A stretch of DNA of 64,000 nt from Octopus sinensis. Taxonomy: Eukaryota. Location of the stretch: NCBI RefSeq assembly GCF_006345805.1, contig NC_043001.1:82832001-82896000 (forward strand). Direction: 5' to 3'. A program made the position numbers and the translations under genes. The notes below the pieces were generated by a model. It saw only the letters and a list, made by a program, of their open reading frames with translations, ran no database searches and was not told the DNA's origin. Of this stretch, positions 12,733-24,978 are shown one piece after another. Within the stretch, counting starts at the first letter, position 1, and every line of letters starts with the position of its first letter.

Positions 12733-13838
12733 GATCTAGTTTTTCATTCGCAAAATATGCATTTTTTAAAAGACAGTAAAAAAATCTGAAAATTTGCTTT
12801 AATATTAAAGTTTTCTGGTCTTATTGCTATGAAGGGATGATATTGTGGAGAAAACAAATTGGTGGTAAAAGTTACCGAGGTTTAAAAATCGAAAAAGAAC
12901 AAAACTGTATTTATAGCCAATATCGAGACAAAAATTTTCTGTGTTTAGCAGACCGGTGTCAACTTTCAGGTTGTACCCTGTGAAATTTATAGTTTAGCGT
13001 CTGTAAAATGACCTCTTCATTGTAGGTTTCTAAATAAACAGAAATATCTAATAAAATCAACATGTATCATCTTACTGTTTCTTTTGTCTCTTCATTGATT
13101 ATATGTTTTTATTATTTTTTCTTAATTTGTAATATTAATATAATTGTCTGTATGTGTTTACTTAATGCGTATTTCAGTATTATGATTACCTGTCATGTAT
13201 TTGTGTACATCATTAATATATGAGTCAATGTGTGTGTGAGAGTGTGTGAAAAGGGAGCGCCTGTCTCCAAAACTTCAAAGTTGAGTAACGTTTTCATGCT
13301 TGGATTTGTAAGAGTAACACTGGTCAACAAAGAATTTGTCTCAAGAAAAAGAATACCTGTTCTTATATGTTTTTGCATGCAGAATTCAAAAACAATGTCA
13401 GATTATCTTATTAAGTTCACATATTCCATTCACCTTCACAATGCCAAGAAACTGTATAAACATCGCAAACAACTTTTGCTATATATCAAAAATACGTAAA
13501 ATATTAAGACAAATATCTATTACAAAAATTATAATTGATTAATATAAATTTTTATTAAAACAAAACACGCGGATGAAGTAAATCTCGTGGTGTGAAGAAT
13601 CAACACAACGTTCGGTTGTCATGGTAACAAGCTCTTAATGCCTCGCTATCTATTGATTGGCTAAAATTACCCGAATTTCCCAACTTTAATTCCAAATAGC
13701 ATCAGATTCTTTAATTTACGAGATAAAGTAATTGGTTGATCATAATCAAAATTCAGAGTTGCATCGATACATCAAAAGTGAAAGCAATCTGAACAAAAAT
13801 TAAAAGAGGCTCATTTTGCAAATGAAAAAGTCTAGATC
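12733..13838. mobile_element. Non-autonomous DNA transposon with ~25 bp TIRs and 9-10 bp TSD (Mutator-like by TSD length)
   Basis: Left gatctagtttttcattcgcaaaat, right attttgcaaatgaaaaagtctagatc. TSD ctcagttaga (12723-12732) / cccagttaga (13839-13848), restoring the host element sequence. No transposase ORF. Confidence 0.85.
13615..13660. promoter_or_regulatory. RFX X-box-like palindrome plus inverted CCAAT box inside the transposon
   Basis: GTTGTCATGGTAAC at 13615-13628 and gATTGG at 13655-13660. Motif match only. Confidence 0.35.
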
Positions 13839-14199
13839 CCCAGTTAGAATTTCCTTCAGGCCGAGCAGCCCATCCCGCACAAAAGGTCCCCTGAATAAGG
13901 GTTTTCTAAGGATGTTGAACAAAACACCCATGTTTCCAAAGGGGAATTATCCAAACCCCAAAGAAATCCTCTCAACACATGGTTATGATGCTCCCTCACT
14001 ACTTCTGCTCATGATCAGAGATGCACGTATTGCCAGCCATTAAGGGATATGCTCAACTGGTTAAGATCAAGCAATTGACAAGCAAATCTGTGGTCATAAG
14101 TAGAATTTTTGCTGTAGTCCATCTTTTACACCAAGACAAAATAATGTTGTTGTTTTTGTTGTTGTTGTTGTTGTTGTTTTTATTATTATTATTATTATT

Positions 14200-14757
14200 A
14201 TTGAGTGAGAGAGCAGAGCATGCCATCAAAGTGACACTGGGGTAAAATATACGAAGCCCAATATACCCATCATGACTACCCGTCTGATAAAGGTACACCA
14301 GGCACATGCATCACAACCATATGTGCGCGACATGGTGATCTCATATCAAGATAAACAGCACATGACCTTGCAGGTGGGGCCCAGTTAGAATTTTCTTCAG
14401 GTTGAGTAGCCCATCCCGCTCAAAAGGTCCCTGAATAAGGATTATTTAAGGATGTTGAAAGAACCACCCATGTTTCCAGAGGTGAATTATTCAAACCCCA
14501 AAGAATCCCTCTCAACACATGGCTATGATGCTCCCCCACTACTTCTGCTCGTGATCAGAGATGCACATATCGTCAGCCACTAAGGGACATGCTCAACTGG
14601 TTAAGGTCAAACAACTGACAAGCAAATCTGTGGTATTGAGCAGAATATTTGCTGTAGCCCATCTTTTATACCAAGACAAAACAATGTACATGATAACACT
14701 TCCAATCAGTTAAGATCAGAAGCCATGAGAGCCACTGCCTGGTACTGCATCAGGGCA
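14200..14757. mobile_element. Intact (TAA)n-associated element (~560 bp, non-coding)
   Basis: ttgagtgagagagcagagcatgccatcaaag ... ggtactgcatcagggcatta, flanked on both sides by (att)n/(tta)n; homologous pieces at 7.2, 12.5, 44.0-44.6 and 63.97 kb. Confidence 0.88.
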
Positions 14758-14768
14758 TTATTATTATA

Positions 14769-14839
<71 letters not shown>

Positions 14840-14859
14840 TATTATTATTATTATCATCA

Positions 14860-15876
14860 AAAACCGTTCGCGGGAAAACAACCCAAGATTCCTATAGGAA
14901 CTAGTTGAAGATATGAGTGATGATGGCCTAGGATTGAATCTAGGCATTGACGAGAACAATCTGAGTAGTCTCTTCCAGAGAGCCTTCCGGTCGAAGATCA
15001 TGGACAATTTCCAAAGTCTTTGGCTTGACAGTGCTACAGAGAGGCATTGCCCGTTCGAGACAAGCTCTTTAAGCATGGAAGTGCTAACAGCCGAACCTAC
15101 CCGAGGACGGAACCGTTCTGCATGCAATAATTCAGTGTCGATGCATCAGAGATAGTTGTGTGATTGTGTGAAATAGCTGTTACCGCTGCAAGACGAATTC
15201 AGCTGTCTGCCGTGTGTATAGTGAAGATCGACGTACCACTTTCCCTTAGCAGAGAAGGAAGGCAGATATTTCTCTGCTTAGTGGCTGTGGTAAAAGAGGC
15301 TGTGTGGAGGACCCGTCTGAAAACTTTGAAGACAGGCACATCCCTATCTGTTGAAGCCCTCATCAAATCCTTGAAATATCATTTGAAGAGGAACGTGATG
15401 GTAAAGAGGGAGCTGCTGCCTTCTGGTGTGTTTATCAAAAAGTGGCCGACTATGGCAAGACTGGGGAGACTGAATGGATCTACTCTGAATATGCTTTTCC
15501 AGGCAGGAGGAAAGAAGCTGGAAGAGGGCACTTTTCTATGCCTTGGAGATGGCAGAGTAATCCAAACTTTTTGCGTGGGGTTTACCCTGGATCACTCTAA
15601 GTGGGCTGTCCCACTGTTGGGGATTTTATTTATTTACTCGCCACACACCCAAACTCCACGCATACACACAAAAAAAACACATATTTATTATTTATTTATT
15701 ATTTATTTCTCTACTTTTTATTATATATTCTCTGTTATATCCTTCAATGTGATAGTATATCCCCTTGATTGATGTTTACACCACAAGTTTTTGTAGTTTT
15801 TGAACTTTTTTGTGCAGTAACTCGTCCTTCGATATTATCATCCATGTCTTAGGCCCTTGTGGCCAATAAAAGAAAT
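14860..15876 (+). mobile_element. Tx1/L1-clade LINE, 5'-truncated 3' end (decayed ORF2 C-terminus and 3' UTR)
   Basis: Frameshifted NFQ(K)SLAWQCYREALPVRDKLFKHGS..., followed by LVAVVKEAVWRTR; ends cccttgtggccaataaaagaa before (atc)n. Confidence 0.8.
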
Positions 15877-15946
15877 CATCATCATCATCATTATTATTAT
15901 TATTATTATTATTACTGTTGTTTCACGAGCAAGCTGATCTTAGTAA

Positions 15947-16006
<60 letters not shown>

Positions 16007-16574
16007 CAACAATAGCAGTAGTGGCGGTGGCAGCAGCAGCAGCAGCAGCAGTGACAGCAGCAGCATCAGCAGTGTCAGCAGCAGCAGCAGCATCAGCAGC
16101 AGTTCGCGGCGGTGACTCTCTGCCGTCGTCGTGAAGCTATGGTTCAGTAGATGGATGACGTTGTGCAGTGAAGCCTAACGGCAGGTTGGAATAGATCCAC
16201 CAGTAACCTACATGCGGGTGGCAAACACCCAGCCAAATATTTACCCATTGTTTGTTGGTCTTACTTAGAGACAAAAGCATTCAGCTTCGCAGCACAAGAC
16301 TAGACAAGTTTGTTATCAACATTCTGGCTTGTCATGGTTACTAAGTCATCCTATTTTCGTCTTTGTTGTCTCTGAGATACGAACAAAAGAACAGTCATAA
16401 GATCTGAGTGGACTGGCTTATATACGCACACACATTTATGTACACATATACACCAATTACACACACATACGCATACACATACACACACACATATAGATAC
16501 AAGTTTATAAATACAAACACATACATGCATTTACATAAACACAAACACAAACACACACACATATATGATATATT

Positions 16575-16620
<46 letters not shown>

Positions 16621-16667
16621 CTTATATATATGTGTGTGTGTGTGTGTATGTATATATGCATATATCG

Positions 16668-16852
16668 TGGCACTCTGGTGGTTATGACAACGAGGATTCC
16701 AGTTGATCCGATCAACGGAACAGCCTGCTCGTGATATTAACGTGCAAGTGGCTGAGCACTCCACAGACACGTGTACCCTTAACGTAGTTCTCGGGGAGAT
16801 TCAGTGTGATACAGAAAGTGACAAGGCTGGCCCTTTGAAATACAGGTACAAC
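16668..16852 (-). mobile_element. SINE 3' tail (same tail as 25160-25345)
   Basis: Reverse complement of tgtatttcaaggggccggccttgtcac...gagcaggctgttccgttgat...gtcgtaacc. Confidence 0.8.
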
Positions 16853-16860
16853 CCTTCCAG

Positions 16861-17073
16861 CGTCATAAAACACAGCAAAGTGAAAATATTCGCTGACGAC
16901 TCTAAGCTCCAGAAAATTATCAATGAAAAAGCAGACCGAACTCAACTCCTGTCTGATCTACATGCTGTGAGTCAATAGGCAGATAAAGACAAAATGCAAC
17001 TAAGCGAGGGAAAATTTGAGTTGATGCATTTTGGAAAAAAGAATATGCTAAAACAGCCATATTCTCTTCCTTC
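16861..17073 (+). mobile_element. CR1-group LINE reverse transcriptase fragment
   Basis: VIKHSKVKIFADDSKLQKII...DLHAVSQ*ADKDKMQLSEGKFELMHFG: FADD motif and following region, with an in-frame stop. Confidence 0.8.
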
Positions 17074-17582
17074 TTATCGTAGTCCTTTCGATAAATGCAC
17101 CAACTCATCGGAGCCAACATTTGACAGAAAAGTTTTTCATAAATAAATGAATAAATGAGTGGAGACATTACCGGTGAGTGTGTTAAATAATAAGGTATTA
17201 AGAGAGAATGACTCTCCCCAGACACAACAAAATATACTTCAACACACGAACTCACATAAAGAATCTTGCAAACCAAATCCAAAAACGAAGTTTTTCAACA
17301 GTTTTTTTTGTATATTAACTTCTTGTCAACACTTACATCTTTCTGGCAACATGAAAAGGAGACACCAATTCTGTCGAGCAACTCGCAGAGTTTAGTAGAC
17401 CAAATCGCAGACCTTTCTTCACCTGTGTTATTCGTGTAACAAGTGGCACATGATTCTCTTGGCATGTAGGTTCACGATCCAATTCAAATTCCAGATCCGA
17501 CATACGAAAGGATCTAGATATGATGTTCTCATAAGATACGAACACAAATTGGTTATAGGTTCATTGAAGCTGTTTTGGGCGC

Positions 17583-17885
17583 ATTTTTTAAAATTCATAA
17601 ATCGTTCGATTACACCATTGAAGTTCCTTTTCAATGATGTCTAAGTGAGAGGATCAGTCTACATCTGGTGGCATTTCATTTTCTGCGAATGAAATTTTTA
17701 ATAACTTCAAGAAAACAGTATATTCATTGTTTTAGGCGTATTTTTTATTCATAAATCGTTCGATTACACCATGAAAGAGAGTTTCTCTTTAATGAGGTCT
17801 AAGTGAGAGGATCAGAATACATCTGGTGGCATTTAATTTTCTCCGACCGAAATTTTAAATCACCTCAAGAAAACAGTATTTTCAT
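17583..17885. repeat. Diverged ~155 bp tandem duplication
   Basis: ttcataaatcgttcgattacacc...ctaagtgagaggatcag...catctggtggcatt...caagaaaacagtat occurs twice (~17590 and ~17748). Confidence 0.85.
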
Positions 17886-18114
17886 AATGGAATCGAACAA
17901 TTTATCAATAAAAATGCGTCTGAAACGGCTGTAGTGAACCTGCGAAAAAAATTGGTGATAATATTTCATATATATATATATACGGAAACTATGCAATCCC
18001 GAATTTACCAATCGAGAATAAGTCTAGCGACTTATTGTTATCTCGGGGATCACTAAATGATAGTTGCGGTTAACCGGCATCTGAAACCGTTTTAAGAGGA
18101 AGTATGGCAACCAC

Positions 18115-18257
18115 CAGAACTATAGATCCCTTTAAACTTATTCTTTGTAAGCCAAGTATTTATTCTATCGTTCTCTTTTGCCAAATCGCTAATTTACGGA
18201 GACGTAAGCACACCAACATCGGTCGTCAAGCGATGGTGGAGAGAAACACACACACAT

Positions 18258-18315
<58 letters not shown>

Positions 18316-18510
18316 CATACACACACACACAAACACACACACACCACACATATATATATATGATGGGCTTCTTTCAGTTTCCGTCTACCAAATTCACTCA
18401 CAAGGCTTTAGTCGGGCCGAGGTTATAGCAAAAAACACTCACCCAAGGTGGAACTGAACCCGGAACCATGTGGCTGGGAAGCAAACTTCTTACCATAGCC
18501 ATGCCTGCAC
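18115..18510 (-). mobile_element. SINE family A with expanded internal (CA)n
   Basis: ttattctttgtaagcc...gggcttctttcagtttccgtctacc...aacccggaaccatgtgg. Confidence 0.85.
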
Positions 18511-18513
18511 CTA

Positions 18514-18544
<31 letters not shown>

Positions 18545-18596
18545 TGTATGTATGTATGTATGTATGTATGTATGTATGCATATATGTATGTATGTG

Positions 18597-18627
<31 letters not shown>

Positions 18628-19067
18628 GTACATATGCATGCATGTATGTATGTATGCGTGTATGCATGTATATATGTGTATATATATATGTATATTTATA
18701 TGCGTGTGTGTGTGTGTGTGTACACACACGAATACACACACCCACGTTCATATGATGCAAATTAAGACATACATTGGTAAATTGCACGATTAATATACAA
18801 TACTCAGCACTAAAAGTGTGTTATCGTTAATGTTATTGTATTCATATAGAAACTGATGGCTGGTTTCTTCTGTCAACAATTTAGCAGTTCAATGAAGTTA
18901 TGTATAACGGTTACGTTTAATGTCTCTGAAGATTTGACTGAAAGTTTTGTGTAATTTACATCATGTAACTAATAATAATGTACTCTGTTAATGAAATGTA
19001 CGTACAATAGCTTATAAGCATTTTCTCCTGTTCAGTTTTATATGTATGTGTTTATGCCTGTGTAAAT

Positions 19068-19129
<62 letters not shown>

Positions 19130-19205
19130 ATATATATATATATATGTGTGTGTGTCTTTATCTATCTATCTATCTATCTATCTATCCATCTATCTATCTA
19201 TCTAT

Positions 19206-19311
<106 letters not shown>

Positions 19312-19328
19312 GTCTGTCTGTCTGTCTA

Positions 19329-19409
<81 letters not shown>

Positions 19410-19431
19410 ATATATATATATAGATATATAC

Positions 19432-19463
<32 letters not shown>

Positions 19464-19478
19464 GTTGGTGTTTGGGTG

Positions 19479-19509
<31 letters not shown>

Positions 19510-19860
19510 ATGTATACACACACACCATAGCTGCTGATCTCTCACTATGGCATTAAGAGACACACAAAGATCACTCAGATAAACACATATAAACAGTCAA
19601 TACCACACACACCACACATACACATGCACACAAATGTACACACACAGAGTTACCACCAACCTACATACACACATACCACCATCATATGCACGCACACATA
19701 CCCACACGTACACACAGATACCAACCATTCTTCACACTAACTTTCCGAGAAAGCACTTTCTCTTTGTCCATATACTTCTAGTCATTCCAAAATGTAACTA
19801 CACGTGGATTGTTGGGGATTTCCCCCCTTCTTTCCTTTCTTTTGGACTTTCCTCTCTCTC

Positions 19861-19897
19861 TTGTTTCCGAAGAGGAGATGTGCTCGAAACGTAAAGC
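19861..19897 (+). ncRNA. Minimal type I hammerhead-like motif with U4-to-C change
   Basis: ttgttt-CCGAAGA-ggag atgtg ctc-GAAA-c-GTA-aagcag: stem II GAG/CTC, palindromic ACGT stem III, 6-bp stem I. Confidence 0.55.
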
Positions 19898-19924
19898 AGC
19901 AACTCTTTAGTTGAAAGCTGTAAA

Positions 19925-19968
19925 ACTTTATATATTTCGGGTGCAAGGGCCCATTTTCAGAAGAGTCC
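19925..19968 (-). ncRNA. Degenerate hammerhead-like motif (G8 to A)
   Basis: Minus strand ctt-CTGAAAA-t-ggg cccttgca ccc-GAAA-tatata-aag. Confidence 0.4.
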
Positions 19969-19996
19969 AAAGAAATTATATATGTATATATGTGTC

Positions 19997-20073
<77 letters not shown>

Positions 20074-20348
20074 TATATAATATATATAATATATGATCCA
20101 TGCCATATTCTGTTATTATTTTTGGGGGTTTCTTTTGTCCCCTTTCTGCCTTGTTGTCCGTCTTGTCTTGCTATATTTCGGTCGCTTCCCCAGCTGGTTG
20201 CTTTATCGATAATGACATGAAATTACGTTCGACGCTCTAACCGATTGTTGATGACGAATGTGTATGTACATACATACATACATACATACATACATACATA
20301 CATACATACATACATACACGCACGCACACGCACACACACACACACACA

Positions 20349-20387
<39 letters not shown>

Positions 20388-20731
20388 GCCACTACATATC
20401 TGCTTGCTTCTTAGTCTCTTCTCAACATTATGTTCAACTTCTTAGACCCAACACTCGCCTGTATGCTCAGTCCGTCTGCATCGAAACACAAGTTCTCGAG
20501 AATCTCCTCTCCGATCATGTCTTAGCAGCGAGGTGCTGACCTCAATAGAAAGTTAACATCAATTTTACCGGCTTTGGAGTCAGGGTTTTAGTGATCACGG
20601 TCACAGCACAGTCACACCGTCTTCCTTCAAACACTTTATGTAAAACTGTGTATGTGCGTGGATGATGAATATATATATATAGTTATAAGTTAGAGTTGTT
20701 TAAAACCTATGTCTTTCGCTTTTCTTATCTC

Positions 20732-20785
20732 GCATTCTGATGATGTCTCCCACAACGATTGGTAAACAGAAACGATCGTAAATGT
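20732..20785 (+). ncRNA. Type I hammerhead ribozyme candidate with intact core
   Basis: gcatt-CTGATGA-tgt...aca-GAAA-cgatc-GTA-aatgt: 5-bp stem I, palindromic ACGATCGT stem III, GUA cleavage triplet; lies in a ~200 bp element between (TA)n and (CA)n. Confidence 0.65.
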
Positions 20786-20899
20786 ACTATTACTACAACT
20801 GTTCTTTATATGAATGAATTAAATTAATGGCTTTTGGCGCAAACGACTAGCTTCTTCCTGCTATTTTTCCTCCATTTACTTCTTGCACACACACACACA

Positions 20900-20945
<46 letters not shown>

Positions 20946-20994
20946 CACACACACACACACAACACACACACACACAACACACATATATATATAT

Positions 20995-21150
20995 ACAACG
21001 GGCTTCTTTCAGTTTCCGTCTGCCAAATCCACTCACAAGGCTTTGTTCGGCCCGAAGCTATGGTAGAAGACAATTGCTCAAGGTACCATACAGTGGGTCT
21101 GAACCCGGAACCATATGGTTGGGAAGCAAGTTTCTTACCACAGAGTAACG
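20995..21150 (-). mobile_element. SINE family A, 5' half
   Basis: acgggcttctttcagtttccgtctgcc...gcaagtttcttaccacag. Confidence 0.85.
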
Positions 21151-21360
21151 CCTATACATACATACTTACATACATACATTCATACATACATACATACATA
21201 CATACATACTTACATACATACATTCATACATACATACATACATATACATACATACATACATACATACATACATACATACATACATGTATATATATATATA
21301 TGTATATATATAATAATAACAAATTAATAATTAAAGCATATGCATGTATACATACACACA

Positions 21361-21403
<43 letters not shown>

Positions 21404-21404
21404 A

Positions 21405-21504
<100 letters not shown>

Positions 21505-21591
21505 TACATACATATATTCATGCATCCATATATATATATGTATGTATGAATATATGTATGTATAAATATATATATATGTATATATATATAT

Positions 21592-21626
<35 letters not shown>

Positions 21627-21736
21627 TACGTACTTCATGCACATAAGCTTAGGGTGCTAATTCATGGTGAAGAGTGAAGAGTTTATATGTGAGACTCTGG
21701 CCAAAATCTCAGTTTAAATGTTCATGTGTGTGTGTG

Positions 21737-21767
<31 letters not shown>

Positions 21768-21984
21768 ATGTCTGTGTCTGTGTGTGTGTTTGAGTGTGTG
21801 TCTGCGTGTGTCTGTGCGTGAGTGTGCGCGTGTGTATCAAAGCTATGTTGCACCTGAAAGAGAACTTCCAAACCGTTTCTTTCGTACTTGAATTCACGCA
21901 TGAGTTCAATGCTAATAACAGGATCAACTTTTTAAATATGGGCACGTTCGCACTCAACAACATTTTTACGTTAGCAACAGCACC

Positions 21985-22685
21985 ACAAGCAGCGCCGCCA
22001 CCGCCACCGCCACCAGCGCCATTACTATCAGCAGCGCCGTTACCATCAGCAGCACCATAACCACCATCGATGTCACTGCCACCACGACCACCATTATCGT
22101 CACCACCGACATCACCATCACCATCACCACTATCATTATCATTGCCACCACCACAACAAAACACTATCAATTCCATCGCCACCAGTTGTACACTAAAATT
22201 TACCACCACTACAGTAACTAACCACCATAACCATTACCATAACAACAAACACCACCACCACCACCCACCGCCGCCGCCACTACTTCCACTATAAGAATAA
22301 CCACAAGTACCACCACCACTACCACCATTACCACCAACACGACCACCACAGCCGCCGCCACCAACACGACCACCACAGCCGCCGCCGCCGCCACCACCAC
22401 CACCACCAACAACAACACGACCACCACAAATGCCACCACCACCACCACCACCACCACCAACACGACCACCACATCCGCCACCACCACCACCACCACCACC
22501 AATCCGACCACCATAGCTGCCGCCATCACCACCACCACCACCACTGCACCGCCGCCACTGCCACTACATACAACAGCAACACCGTCACCGCCACCACCAC
22601 CACCGAGGCCACGACCACCGTCGCCACCACGACCACGACCACGACCACCATTGCCGCCATTCGCCACCTCCACCACTATCGCCAT
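21985..22685. repeat. Degenerate (ACC/GCC)n low-complexity tract
   Basis: Continuous imperfect accaccacc/gccgccgcc repeats. Confidence 0.9.
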
Positions 22686-22991
22686 TCCACGAAAAACCCA
22701 TTAAGAATTACGTTCACCTGAATGCTGTTTGCGATTGTCCCTTTAAATACAGAAATTTCTGTCATAAAATCCTCAGAGGATATTTATCATGTTGTAACAT
22801 GCGAGCCGAGTCTATGTAGAAATCACCAAAATAAACTGAATACCAGTCATTTATGGCTACAGTAATAAACTAGTCGGTAGCATCGTAGTGCAATTTAAGT
22901 AAAAACCAAAAAATCGATAATGCCACCAATTTCTCGAAACTAACCTCTTGCCCCAACACACAAACTCTCACGCAGACAACCCTATGCATAT

Positions 22992-23034
<43 letters not shown>

Positions 23035-23337
23035 ATGTATGTATGTATGTATGTATGTATGTATGTATGTATGTGTGCACATGTATGTGTGTACACCTAC
23101 AACTTGCATAAAACATGTTGCTAAAACCAACTGTATACAAACTGCAAAATAGATGAAAGCACTCTTAGGAATATGAAAATATATAAATCAGACTGTTCCA
23201 CACACACGGACACATAAAACACGCGCGCGCGACACACACACACACACATACACATACACATGCACACACACATACATACACACACAAAATCATACTCGCA
23301 CAATCATGCACGGACCCCCCATACACAAAAAACATTC

Positions 23338-23371
<34 letters not shown>

Positions 23372-23457
23372 TGTGTGTGTGTGTGCGCGTGTTATATATA
23401 TATATATATTATATATATGCGTGTGGGTGTGGGGGTGTGTGGTGTGTGCGCGTGTAT

Positions 23458-23501
<44 letters not shown>

Positions 23502-23600
23502 AATGCGTACATCATATATATGTATGTACGTATATGTATAATATATTAATATAAAGTATATATATGTATATATTATATAAATATATTTATGTATATGTTC

Positions 23601-23641
<41 letters not shown>

Positions 23642-23712
23642 AGATATATGTATATACATATACATATTTATGTATATATACATAATATACGTGTAGGTAT
23701 TTATACTATATA

Positions 23713-23750
<38 letters not shown>

Positions 23751-24354
23751 GTTATATCTTATATTCATACCAAGGAAGATTGTACGCAATATATGGTGCA
23801 GAGTTTATTCATATGTTTATTTAATGTGAAACTTCGCCCAAAATCACAGTTTAAACTTGAGCGCACGTCTGTGTATGTATGTATGTGTGTGTCTTTGTCT
23901 GCCTGTGGTGTGTGTGTGTGTGTGTGTGCGTGTATGTGTGTGTGTGTATAACTTCTCCATAGTCACCTTTTGCCCCTAAAATACATATATACCCCGCGTA
24001 AAATATATTACTCATACCAAATATATACAAACTACAAAATAGATGAAAGCTTTCTTGGGAATATCAACATATAAATCAGAATATTTTATGAGTTTACACC
24101 TACGATCGCTATACTAAACTATAGCAGCCTGTACGTTCGCCCGGCTAAAAAATACAAATAATCTCACTCACGTCGCGTCCTAACGCACAAAATAAAGGAA
24201 GGACACGTTAGATAGTGTATTCCGATGATGCATCATATGTGTTATGCTTCATCATTTTATAATTTACTTGTTTCAATCAATGGAATAAAGTCATATTGCG
24301 GAACTGCTTTGAAGGATTTTACGCGGCCGAATCGAACCAGTTACTTATTATTAT

Positions 24355-24637
24355 TGACCTGTGAGTCGGAGAGAAGGAATTGGAGGGGGCATTTGCTCCT
24401 GGGGTTTCAGGGAAATCTCGGTCAGTGGGGTTCCTCGATTATCACTAGAGGCGTTCCTGTATTAGGAGGGCCACATCTCTATCATCCCCACTTTTCTTTT
24501 TTTTTTTTTTTTACCTTTGTATGCTACGCATATGTCTCTCCTTTTTTTATCATTTCGTTATCATATGTAATTCCACATTTTATGTCTGTCTTTGTATTGT
24601 CCGCCTCATCCTTCGCCCTTGTGGCAAATAAAAGAAG
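24355..24637 (+). mobile_element. Tx1/L1-clade LINE 3' UTR fragment
   Basis: Ends gtctgtctttgtattgtcc...cccttgtggcaaataaaagaag, the same terminal motif as 15850-15876; flanked by short tta runs. Confidence 0.6.
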
Positions 24638-24978
24638 AGTTTATTACTATTATTTATTGTCTTTGCACAGCTTCTATCACTGGAGATGTGCTTCAGTGCC
24701 AGCTGTTCACTACCAATGAACTAAGGTAACAGCCCTTATTTTTCGAGCACCATCCGATGTATTAGAGCGGCTCCAAGCAGTGCCCTTTTCTACAAGTGCG
24801 CCACGCTTATTGCAGCCCCTATTTGTTCCATGTACTTTTAAAAAGATAAGTACTAAAATCGTCTAAAATCTCTTCGAGGCAATGCACCTGTATGGCTACA
24901 GTTTAATGACTGAAACAAGTATGAGATAAAGGATAGAAGATGTGTGTGTGCGTGTATGTGTGTGTGTGTGTGTGTAAT

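Larger units (their letters stand above)
12542..14135. mobile_element. (TAA)n-associated interspersed element, split by a DNA transposon (12542-12732 and 13839-14135)
   Basis: Both halves are collinear with the intact copy at 14200-14757; starts directly after (att)n with ttgagtgagagagc. Confidence 0.85.

Noticed and set aside
15164-15772. 202-aa ORF as a host gene
   Set aside because: It is the C-terminus and 3' UTR read-through of the Tx1-like LINE fragment.
17156-17173. Possible micro first exon ATGAGTGGAGACATTACCG|gtgagt
   Set aside because: Good donor but only six codons, no identifiable partner exon; expected by chance in 64 kb.
21709-22685. Mucin-like or poly-Val/Pro/Thr ORFs
   Set aside because: Imperfect (ACC)n tract, open on both strands, with no convincing splice sites or domain.
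23112-24085. ~65 bp direct repeat (23112-23180 and 24022-24085)
   Set aside because: Short and diverged, with microsatellite between; no TSD or PBS to support an LTR-like structure.
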